Below are positions 9,571-21,101 of a DNA stretch of 64,000 bases, piece after piece. Under the pieces are notes generated by a model. The model worked only from the letters and a program-made list of their open reading frames with translations. It was not told the origin of the DNA and did no database searches. This stretch comes from Minisyncoccota bacterium (lineage in GTDB: Bacteria > Patescibacteriota > Minisyncoccia > Phycocordibacterales > UBA2100): NCBI GenBank assembly GCA_035708165.1, contig DASSSZ010000005.1, forward strand, positions 112,840 through 176,839, given 5' to 3'. The position numbers and the translations under genes were made by a program. The number at the start of each line of letters is the position of its first letter. Within the stretch, counting starts at the first letter, position 1.

Positions 9571-11017
9571 CTGATCGAACCGATACCCGCGGGACTGAAG
9601 TCGGCTTCATCGTCGAGGCGAAGCAGTACGTGCTCACGATCGAGGGACTGCCATCCGCGCGCGTGCACGACGTGATCGTAAGCCAGTCGGGGAGCCGGGC
9701 GCTCGTGCGCTCGCTCGCCGATGATCGCCTGACCGCGCTTGCGCTCGACCCGGTGGCGCCGCGCGTCGGCGATCGGTACGGCTTCCTGCCGGACGATCGC
9801 ATCTTCGCGCTCGGCGAGCATCTCTTCGGGCGGACGATCACGGTCCTCGGCGAGCCGATCGACGGCGGCGCGCCGTTCCCGGCCGGGAATGCCCGGCTCA
9901 CGCTCGATGCGCAGGCGCCGGGCATCGACGTGCGCGCGCCTATCGCCGGCATGCTCGAGACCGGCGTCACGCTGATCGACGCCTTGATCCCGATCGCCAA
10001 AGGCCAGCGGCAGCTCCTCTTCGGCGGCGCGCCGGGGAGCAAGGCATCGTTCCTCGAGGATGTCACGCTGCACCAGGCGTCGCTTGGCGCGGTATGCATC
10101 TACGCCGCGATCGGCATGTCGCTTTCCGAGCTCGAGCGCATCGAGCGGCGCGTCATGCGTGCTGCCACAGGCGATGTCATCCTCATCGCGGCGCTCTCGG
10201 ACCAGCCTTCGGCGCGCATCATGCTCGCGCCGGCGATCGCCTTCGAGATCGCCGCGCATTTCCAGGGGCAGGGGCGGGACGTCCTCGTCATCCTCGACGA
10301 TCTCGACGTCCATGCCAAGTACCTGCGCGAAGTGGCGCTGCTCGAAGGGCGGCTGCCAGGGCGCGAATCATACCCGGGCGATCTCTTCTATGAGCATGCG
10401 CACCTCCTCGAGCGTGCCGGCACCTTCGTCCCGGAGTTCGGCGGCGGCTCCATCACGGCCTTGCCGGTCATCAGGAGCGATCCCAATGCGGCGCTCGGCA
10501 TCGTCTCCACCAACCTGATGTCGACGACGGACGGTCATCTCGCGTTCGACCCCGCGCTCGAGCGCGAAGGCGCGTACCCCGCCGTGGACGAAGCAGCGTC
10601 CATCACGCGCGTGGGCCGGCTCTCGCAGACGCTCCTCGAGAAGCAGCTCTCGCTCGAAGTACGCCAGCGGCTCGCGGAGGCGAAGCGCCAGCGCCAGTAT
10701 GCTGCATTCGGCGCGCCGCTCGGCAAGGCAGCTGCCGACGCCGTGCGCCAGGCGGACATCATCATGGCGCTCTTGCGCCAGCGGCCGGGCGAGCGGGTCC
10801 CGCGCGACCTGGAGACGCCGCTCCTTACGCTCGCATTCACACCACTCCTCCTTTCCAAGGATACGGCGTTCGCGGCGGCCAAACGGCAGCAGCTCCTCGA
10901 CGGGCTCGGGGCCGATCCTGCGCTCGCCGAGCTGCGGACGAGCGCGCGGGAGGGGAGCATGCCGTTCGATGCGTTCCGGCGGCTGGTCGAAGGGAAGCAG
11001 GCAGCATTCGAAGCGCT

Positions 11018-11030
<13 letters not shown>
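9567..11030 (+). CDS. atpA: F0F1 ATP synthase subunit alpha (degenerate P-loop)
   Basis: Alpha/beta-family sequence with ...LLFGGAPGSKASFLEDV... where GDRQTGKT is expected. C-terminal alpha-type helices are present. Confidence 0.8.
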
Positions 11031-13607
<2,577 letters not shown>

Positions 13608-13662
13608 CGCTATCCCCAATCGAAGCCCGAACAGAGCCGAAAAATCATGGGAGCTTGCTATC

Positions 13663-16600
13663 ATGAGTCCCATGCCACGCTACACGCATGAGAAGACAGC
13701 CGCACCTCGGCGCGCTCGCGGTACGACCCGCCTCGGCGGGCTGCTTCTTGCGCTCATCGTGGTGCTCGCCGGCGTCGCTTCAGGCGTGCCGGGCCGGTTA
13801 ATGACACTCGCCTCGGTCCCGCGGACGCCGCTCCTTGCCGCTGCCGCAGCAGCAGATGCGACCGGTACCGCACCGATAGGTGCTGCCGCAACGAGCATGC
13901 CAGCGCTCGCGGGCGCGCCGAGCAAGCTCGGCATCAACGTCCCGCTCGAGCTCTCGCGTCCGCTTTCGGCGCAATCGGCTACCTTCGCGAAGGATGTGTC
14001 GGCGAACTCCCTCACGATCTCCGGCAGCGCGACCTTCGGGTCGCCGCTCTCGAGCCACGGCCCGGCGACGATCGACGGGCTGCTCGAAGCCGAGGGCGGC
14101 GTCTCGACGAACGGCGCCGATATCGACCTCGGCGGCGGCAAGCTGTTCGCGTCGAACGTGCTTTCCGGGATCACTGCGGGCACGAACGTCACGATCACCG
14201 GGCCGGCGAACCACCCCACGATCTCCGTCAGCATGCCGCAGCAGCAGGCGCCGATCTTCTTCGGTGGCGGAGGCGGCGGCCTCAGCTCGATCACGGCAGG
14301 GAGCGGGCTCTCGGGCGGCACGATCACGGGCGCTGGCACGCTCGCGCTCAACCTCGCCAGCGCGAACGTCTGGAGCGCGCTGCAGTCGTTCGGAGCCGGC
14401 GCATCGACGACCGATCTCGTCATCGCCGGCACCGCGACCACGAGTGCGCTTTCGATCACGAGCGCGACATCCACGCTGCTGAAGACCGATGCGAGCGGCG
14501 CCGTCATCCCGGCAATAGCGGGCGTGGACTACGAGCTGCCGGGCGGCCCGAACGCGGCCGACTGGCTCGTTACGGATGGCGCGCTCTCGCCGACATCCAC
14601 GATCGGCATCCTTATCGGGGCGAGCTCAACCGTGGGCGACGGCTCGCAGGCAGGCGGCCTCACGGTAGCGGGCGGCGCGACGACGACGGGGGACGCATAT
14701 ATCGGAGGGAACATGGCTGCAGCCGGTGCCCTTTCGATTACCGGCACGACGACGCTCGCGAGCATCGCCTCAGGCCTCGTGAAATCGGTCGGCGGCGTGC
14801 TCTCGGCGGCTATCGCCGGGACCGATTATGTCGCGACGTCGACCCTGGGCAGCTATTTCTCGCTTCCTGACTGGTATGCGACGACGACCGATGCCCTCGC
14901 CGAAGGCCCTACGAACAAGTACTACACCGACGCCCGCGTGCAGTCGTATCTCGATTCGCTCAGCAAGGGCTACTACTTCGGCACCACCTCAGCCGCATAC
15001 TTCCTCTCGCAGAACCAGGGCCTCGCGTTCTCTACTTCGTCCGCTAACTACCTTCTTTCTACGAAGGGCTACGGCACCTTCGGTTACCTCTTCCCGAACG
15101 ACGCGACGACGACCGGCCTCGGTTTCTATGCGTCGACGACGATCGGAGATGGGACGCAAGCCGGCGGCCTCACGATCGCCGGCAACGCGACGACGACCGG
15201 CTCTCTTACCATTTCAGGCACAGCGACCTCGACTTTCGCCAGCGGCATCGATCTCGCGAGCGGCTGCCTTGCGGTGAATGGCGCCTGTGTCGGCTCGGAC
15301 CCGTGGGTGGTGAGCGGCGCGGCGATCTCCTACGGGATGGGTAACGTGGGTATCGGGACGACGACGACGCCGTATGCGCTAACGGTCGCGGGCGATGGCA
15401 GCGTCTCCGGCGCGTTCACGGCAAAGAGCACGTTCATGGCTGGCGAGTACACCCGAGCGCTGCCGTGGCTCGATCGCACGGAAGCGGGTACACGCGATTG
15501 GGCTCCCGTCACATCCTCTTCGGATGGAACGCATATCGCCGCAGCGGTATATGGGGGTGATATCTATACCTCGACCGACGATGGCGCGACGTGGACTGAT
15601 CGCACGGCTGCCGGCAGCCGTAATTGGCAGTTCATCACGTCATCTTCCGACGGCATGAAGCTCGCAGCAGTAGTCAACGGCGGCGACATCTACACCTCGA
15701 CTGATGGCGGCGCGATCTGGACCGATCGTACTGCTGCCGGCAGCCGCAGTTGGCAGTCCGTTACCTCATCTTCCGACGGCACGTACCTTGCAGCGGCTGC
15801 CTATAACGGCGATATCTACACCTCGGCCGATGGCGGCGCGACGTGGACCGACCGCACCGCTGCGGGCGCGCGGTATTGGCGCTCCGTCACTTCATCTTCC
15901 GACGGCACGAGACTCGCGGCTGCGGACGGCGCCGCCGCCGGGTACATCTACACCTCTACCGATGGCGGCGCGACGTGGACAGTACGCACCGCTGCGGGCG
16001 GGCAGCGGTACTGGCAGTCCATCACTTCCTCCTCCGACGGCATGAAGCTCGCAGCGGTAGTCAACGGCGGCGACATCTACACCTCGACTGATGGCGGCGC
16101 GACCTGGACCGATCGTACTGCTGCCGGCAGCCGCAGTTGGCATGCCATTGCCTCGTCCGCTGACGGCTCGCTGATCATCGCGAGCGCGGATAATGGGAAT
16201 GTCTATACATCAAGCGACTCCGGTGCGACCTGGACGGAACAAACGGCGCTCGCTTCAGGTCGCTGGCTCGGCGTCAGCATGTCTGCTGACGGTACCAAGC
16301 TGGTAGCGGCAGCTCTTGGCGGCGATATCTGGGTATACGATGCTGCAGGCATCCAGACCCCTTCGTTCATCGTCGACTCGACGACCCACAACGTCGGCGT
16401 CGGCTCGACGACGCCTGGATCGCTCCTCGCCGTCGGCGATAGGAACGGCATCAATTTCTCGACCGCCACGAGCACGTTCTCTTCGATCGGCGGCATCAAC
16501 CTCTCTGCCGGCTGCTTCGCCGTCGATGGCACGTGCATCGGCACGGTCCCCTGGGCCACCAATGGCTCGGCTATTTCCTATACCGCCGGCAATGTGGGGA

Positions 16601-19011
16601 TTGGGACGACGACGCCGTTCGCTGCGCTTTCCGTCGCCGGCAATACGTTCCTCGGCGGTACGCTCACCGCGACCGGCACCGTCTCCTTCGCGAACGCTCT
16701 CGGTATTTCTTCCGGCGGCACGGGCCTCGGCACTGCTCCTGCCTATGGGAATCTGCTCCTCGGCAACGCGAGCGGCGGATACGATCTCGTCGCCACCAGC
16801 TCGCTCGGGATCAGCGCGCCGTGGACCACCAACGGTTCCACCGTCTCCTACATTGCCGGCAACGTCGGCATCGGCACCACTTCGCCCTTCGCGAAGCTCG
16901 CAGTCGCAGGCGATGGCTACTTCACGGGCGGGCTCACGGCATCGAGCTCCCTCGTGGCAGGCTTGTGGCAAACGTCCGTAGGAGGCGGATTCGGGACGCC
17001 GGTCTGGACCGACCGGACTTCTGCAGGCATTCGCAACTGGCATGCCATCACATCCTCTTCCGATGGCACGAAGCTCGCTGCTGTTGACGCTAGCGGCTAT
17101 ATCTACACCTCCACCGATTCCGGTGCTACCTGGACAGCTCGGGCAGCTACCGGCAGCCAGGAGTGGCAATCCATTACTTCTTCCGCCGACGGCACGAAAC
17201 TCACAGCTGCTGTTGCTTACGGCGATATTTTCACCTCCACCGATGGCGGCGCCACCTGGACCGATCGCACCGCTGCCGGCAGCAAGGTGTGGTACGCCAT
17301 CTCTTCTTCCGCCGACGGCACGAAACTCGCAGCTGCTGTCTATGCGGGTGATATATTCACCTCCGCTGATGGCGGCGCCACCTGGATCGACCGCACCGCT
17401 TCCGGCAGCCGAAATTGGGTTTCCATCACCTCCTCTTCCGACGGCACGAAACTCGCGGCTGTTGTCAATGGCGGTGATATCTATACCTCCACCGACTCCG
17501 GCGCTACCTGGACCGACCAGGCTGCCGCTGGCAGCCGCGATTGGATGAGCATCACCTCGAGCAGCGACGGTACGAAGCTTGCAGCAGCAGCCGGCAACGG
17601 CGATATTTTCACCTCCACCGATGGCGGCGCCACCTGGATCGACCGCACCGCTGCCGGTACACGCCGTTGGACTGCCATCACGTCATCTGCTGACGGCACT
17701 GCATTAGCAGCTGCGGTAAATTCTGGCGGCCATATCTACACCTCCGCTGACGGCGGCGTTACCTGGACCGACCAGACCGTCGCCGGTGGCCGCTCTTGGA
17801 CAGCTATTGCTTCCTCCGCCGACGGCGCAAAGCTCGCGGCCGCCGTCTATAACGGCGATATCTACACCTATAACGCCCCCTACACCCCGCCCACCATCAC
17901 GAAATATGCGACGTTCACGGTGGACGGATCGACTCACAACGTCGGCGTCGGCACGACGACGCCTTCGATGACGCTTCAGGTCGCCGGCTCGATCGGGCCG
18001 ACCGCCTCCTCGACCTATAATCTCGGATCTGCCACGTACAATTGGGGCTGCCTCTACTACGACGGCGGCACGCTCGGCACCTGCGCATCCGACGAGCGGC
18101 TGAAGACGAACATCCACGCGCTCAGCTTCGACATGGGCAGCTCGACGGCGCTCGATCAGATCGCGGGCCTCTCGCTGCATTCCTTCGCGTACAAGACGGC
18201 GAGCACGACCATCTACCATGGCTTGATCGCGCAGGAGGTGCGGAACGTGGCGCCGGAGCTCGTCGCCGTGAATGCTGCGACAGGCTTCTTCGAGGTGCGA
18301 TACGGCGACGTGCAGTGGCTCATGCTCGAGGCGCTGCAGCAGCTCATCGCGAAAGTGGATGCGCTCGAAAGCGCGGTCGCAGGCTTCGCGCAGGCGTTCG
18401 CTTCCGACAAGCTCACGGCGGGCAACGAGCTGTGCGTCGGCGACACGTGCGTGACCCCGGCGCAGTTCAAGGCGATAGTCGCAGCGGCGGGTGTGGCTGC
18501 GGCAGGCACGAGCACTGAGGCCGCCACCCCCGCTCCGACCATCACCCTCCTCGGCGCCAACCCCGCCGCCGTCTCCCTCAACGCCACCTACAACGATCTC
18601 GGCGCCACCGCGAAGGACGCCGAAGGCCACGACCTCGGCATCACGTACACAGTGAACGGCTCCACCACGCCTGCCGTCTCCCTCGATACCTCGACCAGCA
18701 CCACCTACACCATCATCTATACGGCTACTGACACGGACGGCCGCTCCGCTTCCGCTACCCGTACCGTGTATGTCGGCGCTGCGACCTCGACTGCACCGAC
18801 AGGCACGGACGCGACGAGCACGCCGAAGGGTTCGGATGGTACGGCGCCGGGCACTGAGCAGGATCAGACGAATGCGAACGATACCGCCTCTTCCACGCCG
18901 AGCGTGAGCGCCGATGCGAGCTCGACGCCATCGGCAGGCTCACTCGCCAGCAGCACGCCATCCGTGTCTTCTGATGCGACGAGTACGGCTGCGACCTCGA
19001 CGCCGAAGTAG
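13663..19011 (+). CDS. giant cell-surface protein: fiber-like Gly/Thr repeats, ~17 BNR/Asp-box repeats, an S74-type intramolecular-chaperone autoproteolytic domain, an Ig-like (DUF5011-type) domain and a Ser/Thr-rich tail
   Basis: Start ATG at 13663 with GGGAG about 11 nt upstream. N-terminal TM/signal segment LGGLLLALIVVLAG. Repeated VGIGTTTP...L(T/S)VAG units. About 17 repeats of S-x-D-G-G-A-T-W...W..I(T/A)SS(S/A)DG. An SDERLKTNI...GLIAQEV chaperone/autocleavage motif near aa 1480. TVNGSTTPAVSLDTSTSTTYTIIYTATDTDG Ig-like domain. Confidence 0.8.
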   Translation: MSPMPRYTHEKTAAPRRARGTTRLGGLLLALIVVLAGVASGVPGRLMTLASVPRTPLLAAAAAADATGTAPIGAAATSMPALAGAPSKLGINVPLELSRPLSAQSATFAKDVSANSLTISGSATFGSPLSSHGPATIDGLLEAEGGVSTNGADIDLGGGKLFASNVLSGITAGTNVTITGPANHPTISVSMPQQQAPIFFGGGGGGLSSITAGSGLSGGTITGAGTLALNLASANVWSALQSFGAGASTTDLVIAGTATTSALSITSATSTLLKTDASGAVIPAIAGVDYELPGGPNAADWLVTDGALSPTSTIGILIGASSTVGDGSQAGGLTVAGGATTTGDAYIGGNMAAAGALSITGTTTLASIASGLVKSVGGVLSAAIAGTDYVATSTLGSYFSLPDWYATTTDALAEGPTNKYYTDARVQSYLDSLSKGYYFGTTSAAYFLSQNQGLAFSTSSANYLLSTKGYGTFGYLFPNDATTTGLGFYASTTIGDGTQAGGLTIAGNATTTGSLTISGTATSTFASGIDLASGCLAVNGACVGSDPWVVSGAAISYGMGNVGIGTTTTPYALTVAGDGSVSGAFTAKSTFMAGEYTRALPWLDRTEAGTRDWAPVTSSSDGTHIAAAVYGGDIYTSTDDGATWTDRTAAGSRNWQFITSSSDGMKLAAVVNGGDIYTSTDGGAIWTDRTAAGSRSWQSVTSSSDGTYLAAAAYNGDIYTSADGGATWTDRTAAGARYWRSVTSSSDGTRLAAADGAAAGYIYTSTDGGATWTVRTAAGGQRYWQSITSSSDGMKLAAVVNGGDIYTSTDGGATWTDRTAAGSRSWHAIASSADGSLIIASADNGNVYTSSDSGATWTEQTALASGRWLGVSMSADGTKLVAAALGGDIWVYDAAGIQTPSFIVDSTTHNVGVGSTTPGSLLAVGDRNGINFSTATSTFSSIGGINLSAGCFAVDGTCIGTVPWATNGSAISYTAGNVGIGTTTPFAALSVAGNTFLGGTLTATGTVSFANALGISSGGTGLGTAPAYGNLLLGNASGGYDLVATSSLGISAPWTTNGSTVSYIAGNVGIGTTSPFAKLAVAGDGYFTGGLTASSSLVAGLWQTSVGGGFGTPVWTDRTSAGIRNWHAITSSSDGTKLAAVDASGYIYTSTDSGATWTARAATGSQEWQSITSSADGTKLTAAVAYGDIFTSTDGGATWTDRTAAGSKVWYAISSSADGTKLAAAVYAGDIFTSADGGATWIDRTASGSRNWVSITSSSDGTKLAAVVNGGDIYTSTDSGATWTDQAAAGSRDWMSITSSSDGTKLAAAAGNGDIFTSTDGGATWIDRTAAGTRRWTAITSSADGTALAAAVNSGGHIYTSADGGVTWTDQTVAGGRSWTAIASSADGAKLAAAVYNGDIYTYNAPYTPPTITKYATFTVDGSTHNVGVGTTTPSMTLQVAGSIGPTASSTYNLGSATYNWGCLYYDGGTLGTCASDERLKTNIHALSFDMGSSTALDQIAGLSLHSFAYKTASTTIYHGLIAQEVRNVAPELVAVNAATGFFEVRYGDVQWLMLEALQQLIAKVDALESAVAGFAQAFASDKLTAGNELCVGDTCVTPAQFKAIVAAAGVAAAGTSTEAATPAPTITLLGANPAAVSLNATYNDLGATAKDAEGHDLGITYTVNGSTTPAVSLDTSTSTTYTIIYTATDTDGRSASATRTVYVGAATSTAPTGTDATSTPKGSDGTAPGTEQDQTNANDTASSTPSVSADASSTPSAGSLASSTPSVSSDATSTAATSTPK

Positions 19012-19025
19012 CGGCACGCATACGA

Positions 19026-19052
19026 AACGCCCCGCCTGAATGGCGGGGCGTT
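19026..19052. terminator. bidirectional rho-independent terminator hairpin
   Basis: aacgccccgcc-tgaat-ggcggggcgtt is a perfect 11-bp stem between convergent genes, followed by a T-run. Confidence 0.65.
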
Positions 19053-19068
19053 CTGTATCGCTCGTGCG

Positions 19069-20862
19069 TTAGATCGTGAGGAGCGAAGTGATCGACGAGA
19101 GAAGGGAACAGGTCTCGCCGCAGGAGCCGCCCGGCGTCGTGCCGGTCATGGCCTCGAAGTGGCTGTCGATCTCGGACTGGCTGAGGAGGCGGTCATACAC
19201 CGCGACCTTGCCGACGGCGCCCTTGAAGAAGGTATCCATCGCCATCGTGCCGATATCGAGCGGCGAGCCGCCGGCCTTCGGCGTGATCTTGTACTGGCTC
19301 ATGCAGCCGGTCGGTGCATGGTCCGCGAAGCTCTGCTTCACGCCGTCGACCCAGATGCTGATCGAGCCAGGGTACTGCGAGGAGCAGCCCGACGGCGTCG
19401 TCTTCGTCTGGTACTCGGCGACGACATAGACCCACTCGCCGGAAGCGATCTGTCCCTTCGACGGCTGCCAGTCCGCGGCGCTGCCGAGGCCCGCCGACGG
19501 GTTGAAGACGTAGGCCGAGAGGCGCTCCGGACGGCCCTCGGCCGTATCGGATCCGTAGATGCGGGCCTCCCACTCGCACGAGGGCGAGTAGTCCTCGCAC
19601 TTGCCCATCCAGTCCACGTAGCCGTCATCGCTATCCTTGGGGAAGGAGAACGTGTCGGCGCGGACCCAGCCTTCCCAGGTGAGCGCGCCCGTGGCGGGGA
19701 TGGAGAACGAGCGATCGGACGGGACAGTCAGGTACTGGCTCGTGCCGTTGAAATCGGCCGCCGTATCACCGTTCGGGAGCGTCGCCGAAGACGGCGTGCC
19801 GCCCTTGTAGGTGCCAGTGTGGCCGTTGCCCGAGAGGTCCTGCTCATGGCCGGAAGCCATGCCATCCATCGCGAGGTAGAGGACAGGCTTCGCGGCAAGG
19901 ATCGTCGCGTCGTACGCGGTGCCGGCCTTGGTGCTGCTCGTGCCGCTCTCAGCCGGAGCCGGATCGGATGCGACAGGGTCGCTCGATGCGGCCGCTGCCG
20001 ACGCCGCTGTCTCGAAGTTATCGAAGACGAGGTCGCCGAAGGTGCTCTCGATGCCGGCCGTACCAGCCTTCGCGAGCGTCGCGTCCGAGTCGAGCGCGGA
20101 CGCCGCGAGGGTCCAGCGGCCGGTCCAGCCGATGTCGGTGTAGAGGCTGAGCTTCTGGCCCTTCGACGTGTTGGTCACGTCGAGCTTGAGGCCGACCCAC
20201 TTATTGAGCGGGATCAGATCGGCATCGCCGCTCGCGCTCCATGTGCCCGGAAGCACCTTCTTCACGGCGAGCGTGGTGAACGAGCCGTTCACCTTGCGCT
20301 TGATGACGACATTGCCGTCAGCGCGGATGCCGGCGTAGTAGTAATCATTCCCGTCCTGGTAGCGCGCGATGACGGACTCGCCGTTGTACGCGTGCCGGTT
20401 CGCCGCGTTCGACAGGTTGTCGCGGATGCGGTCGAAGTAGGCGGAGACGGACCCGTCCGCGAGCGCCTGCTTCGTCAGCATGAGGAAGCTGTTCTGCGGA
20501 TGCGTGCCGCTATCCGACCAGACGGCGCTGCCGCTGCGCTTCTGCGCTCCTTGGAGCGTCTGGCCGCGGCCGCCCTTGATCACGAGGGCGTCGCCCTCCG
20601 CGAGCCAGAAGTACGGGCTCGTGCTATTCGCAGGAGAGGACGCCTCACGCAGGGTGCCGGCGCTGTTGAACGTATAAAGGAAGGGATTCGGCACTGCGCT
20701 CTGCGCGGTTGCCGGCGCTGCCGGGACGAGCACGGCTGCTGCCGTGATCACGCCCGCAAGCGCGATGCCGAACGTGCCGAGGGCGCGGAGCGCCTGCGGA
20801 CGAGCGGCATGGGATAACGGAGGGTTCATAGGATCACGTCCGGGGCGGAGCGAAGGCTCCAT
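19069..20862 (-). CDS. secreted protein with concanavalin A-like lectin/glucanase (LamG-like) jelly-roll domains
   Basis: N-terminal signal/TM (LGTFGIALAGVITAAAVLVPAAPATA). The C-terminal half has the LamG-like pattern (TWEGWVRAD...VYVVAEY...SIWVDGVKQ...AVYDRLLSQSEI). The start (MEPSL versus MNPPL) is uncertain. Confidence 0.6.
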   Translation of the reverse strand: MEPSLRPGRDPMNPPLSHAARPQALRALGTFGIALAGVITAAAVLVPAAPATAQSAVPNPFLYTFNSAGTLREASSPANSTSPYFWLAEGDALVIKGGRGQTLQGAQKRSGSAVWSDSGTHPQNSFLMLTKQALADGSVSAYFDRIRDNLSNAANRHAYNGESVIARYQDGNDYYYAGIRADGNVVIKRKVNGSFTTLAVKKVLPGTWSASGDADLIPLNKWVGLKLDVTNTSKGQKLSLYTDIGWTGRWTLAASALDSDATLAKAGTAGIESTFGDLVFDNFETAASAAAASSDPVASDPAPAESGTSSTKAGTAYDATILAAKPVLYLAMDGMASGHEQDLSGNGHTGTYKGGTPSSATLPNGDTAADFNGTSQYLTVPSDRSFSIPATGALTWEGWVRADTFSFPKDSDDGYVDWMGKCEDYSPSCEWEARIYGSDTAEGRPERLSAYVFNPSAGLGSAADWQPSKGQIASGEWVYVVAEYQTKTTPSGCSSQYPGSISIWVDGVKQSFADHAPTGCMSQYKITPKAGGSPLDIGTMAMDTFFKGAVGKVAVYDRLLSQSEIDSHFEAMTGTTPGGSCGETCSLLSSITSLLTI

Positions 20863-21101
20863 CCGGACTGCTGTTCATTGGTCGTGTAATCAGCGGGTGG
20901 CATACGTTCCTGAGTTTGAGATGAACGCACCGCAGGGTCATGTTCGCGCAGCGGCTACGGAGAATCAAATGAAGCCGCCACCATGAACAAGCCGCTCATA
21001 TTCATATGCGGTTCACCGGGGCTGCATACCATAGCACTAACGCCACGATCCTCTGTATGAAGTTATCAAGACTCGTCTTTGCATAATCGAACACGATCCA
21101 T

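Noticed and set aside
13680-18630. Multiple ORFs on both strands within the giant surface-protein gene (for example 13680-14507, 16255-17169, 17704-18630)
   Set aside because: They overlap a single continuous 1783-aa frame with clear repeat and domain structure. The alternatives are low-complexity shadow frames.
19159-20817. 552-aa plus-strand ORF opposite the LamG-like gene
   Set aside because: Arg-rich shadow frame. The minus-strand protein has a signal peptide and a recognisable jelly-roll domain.
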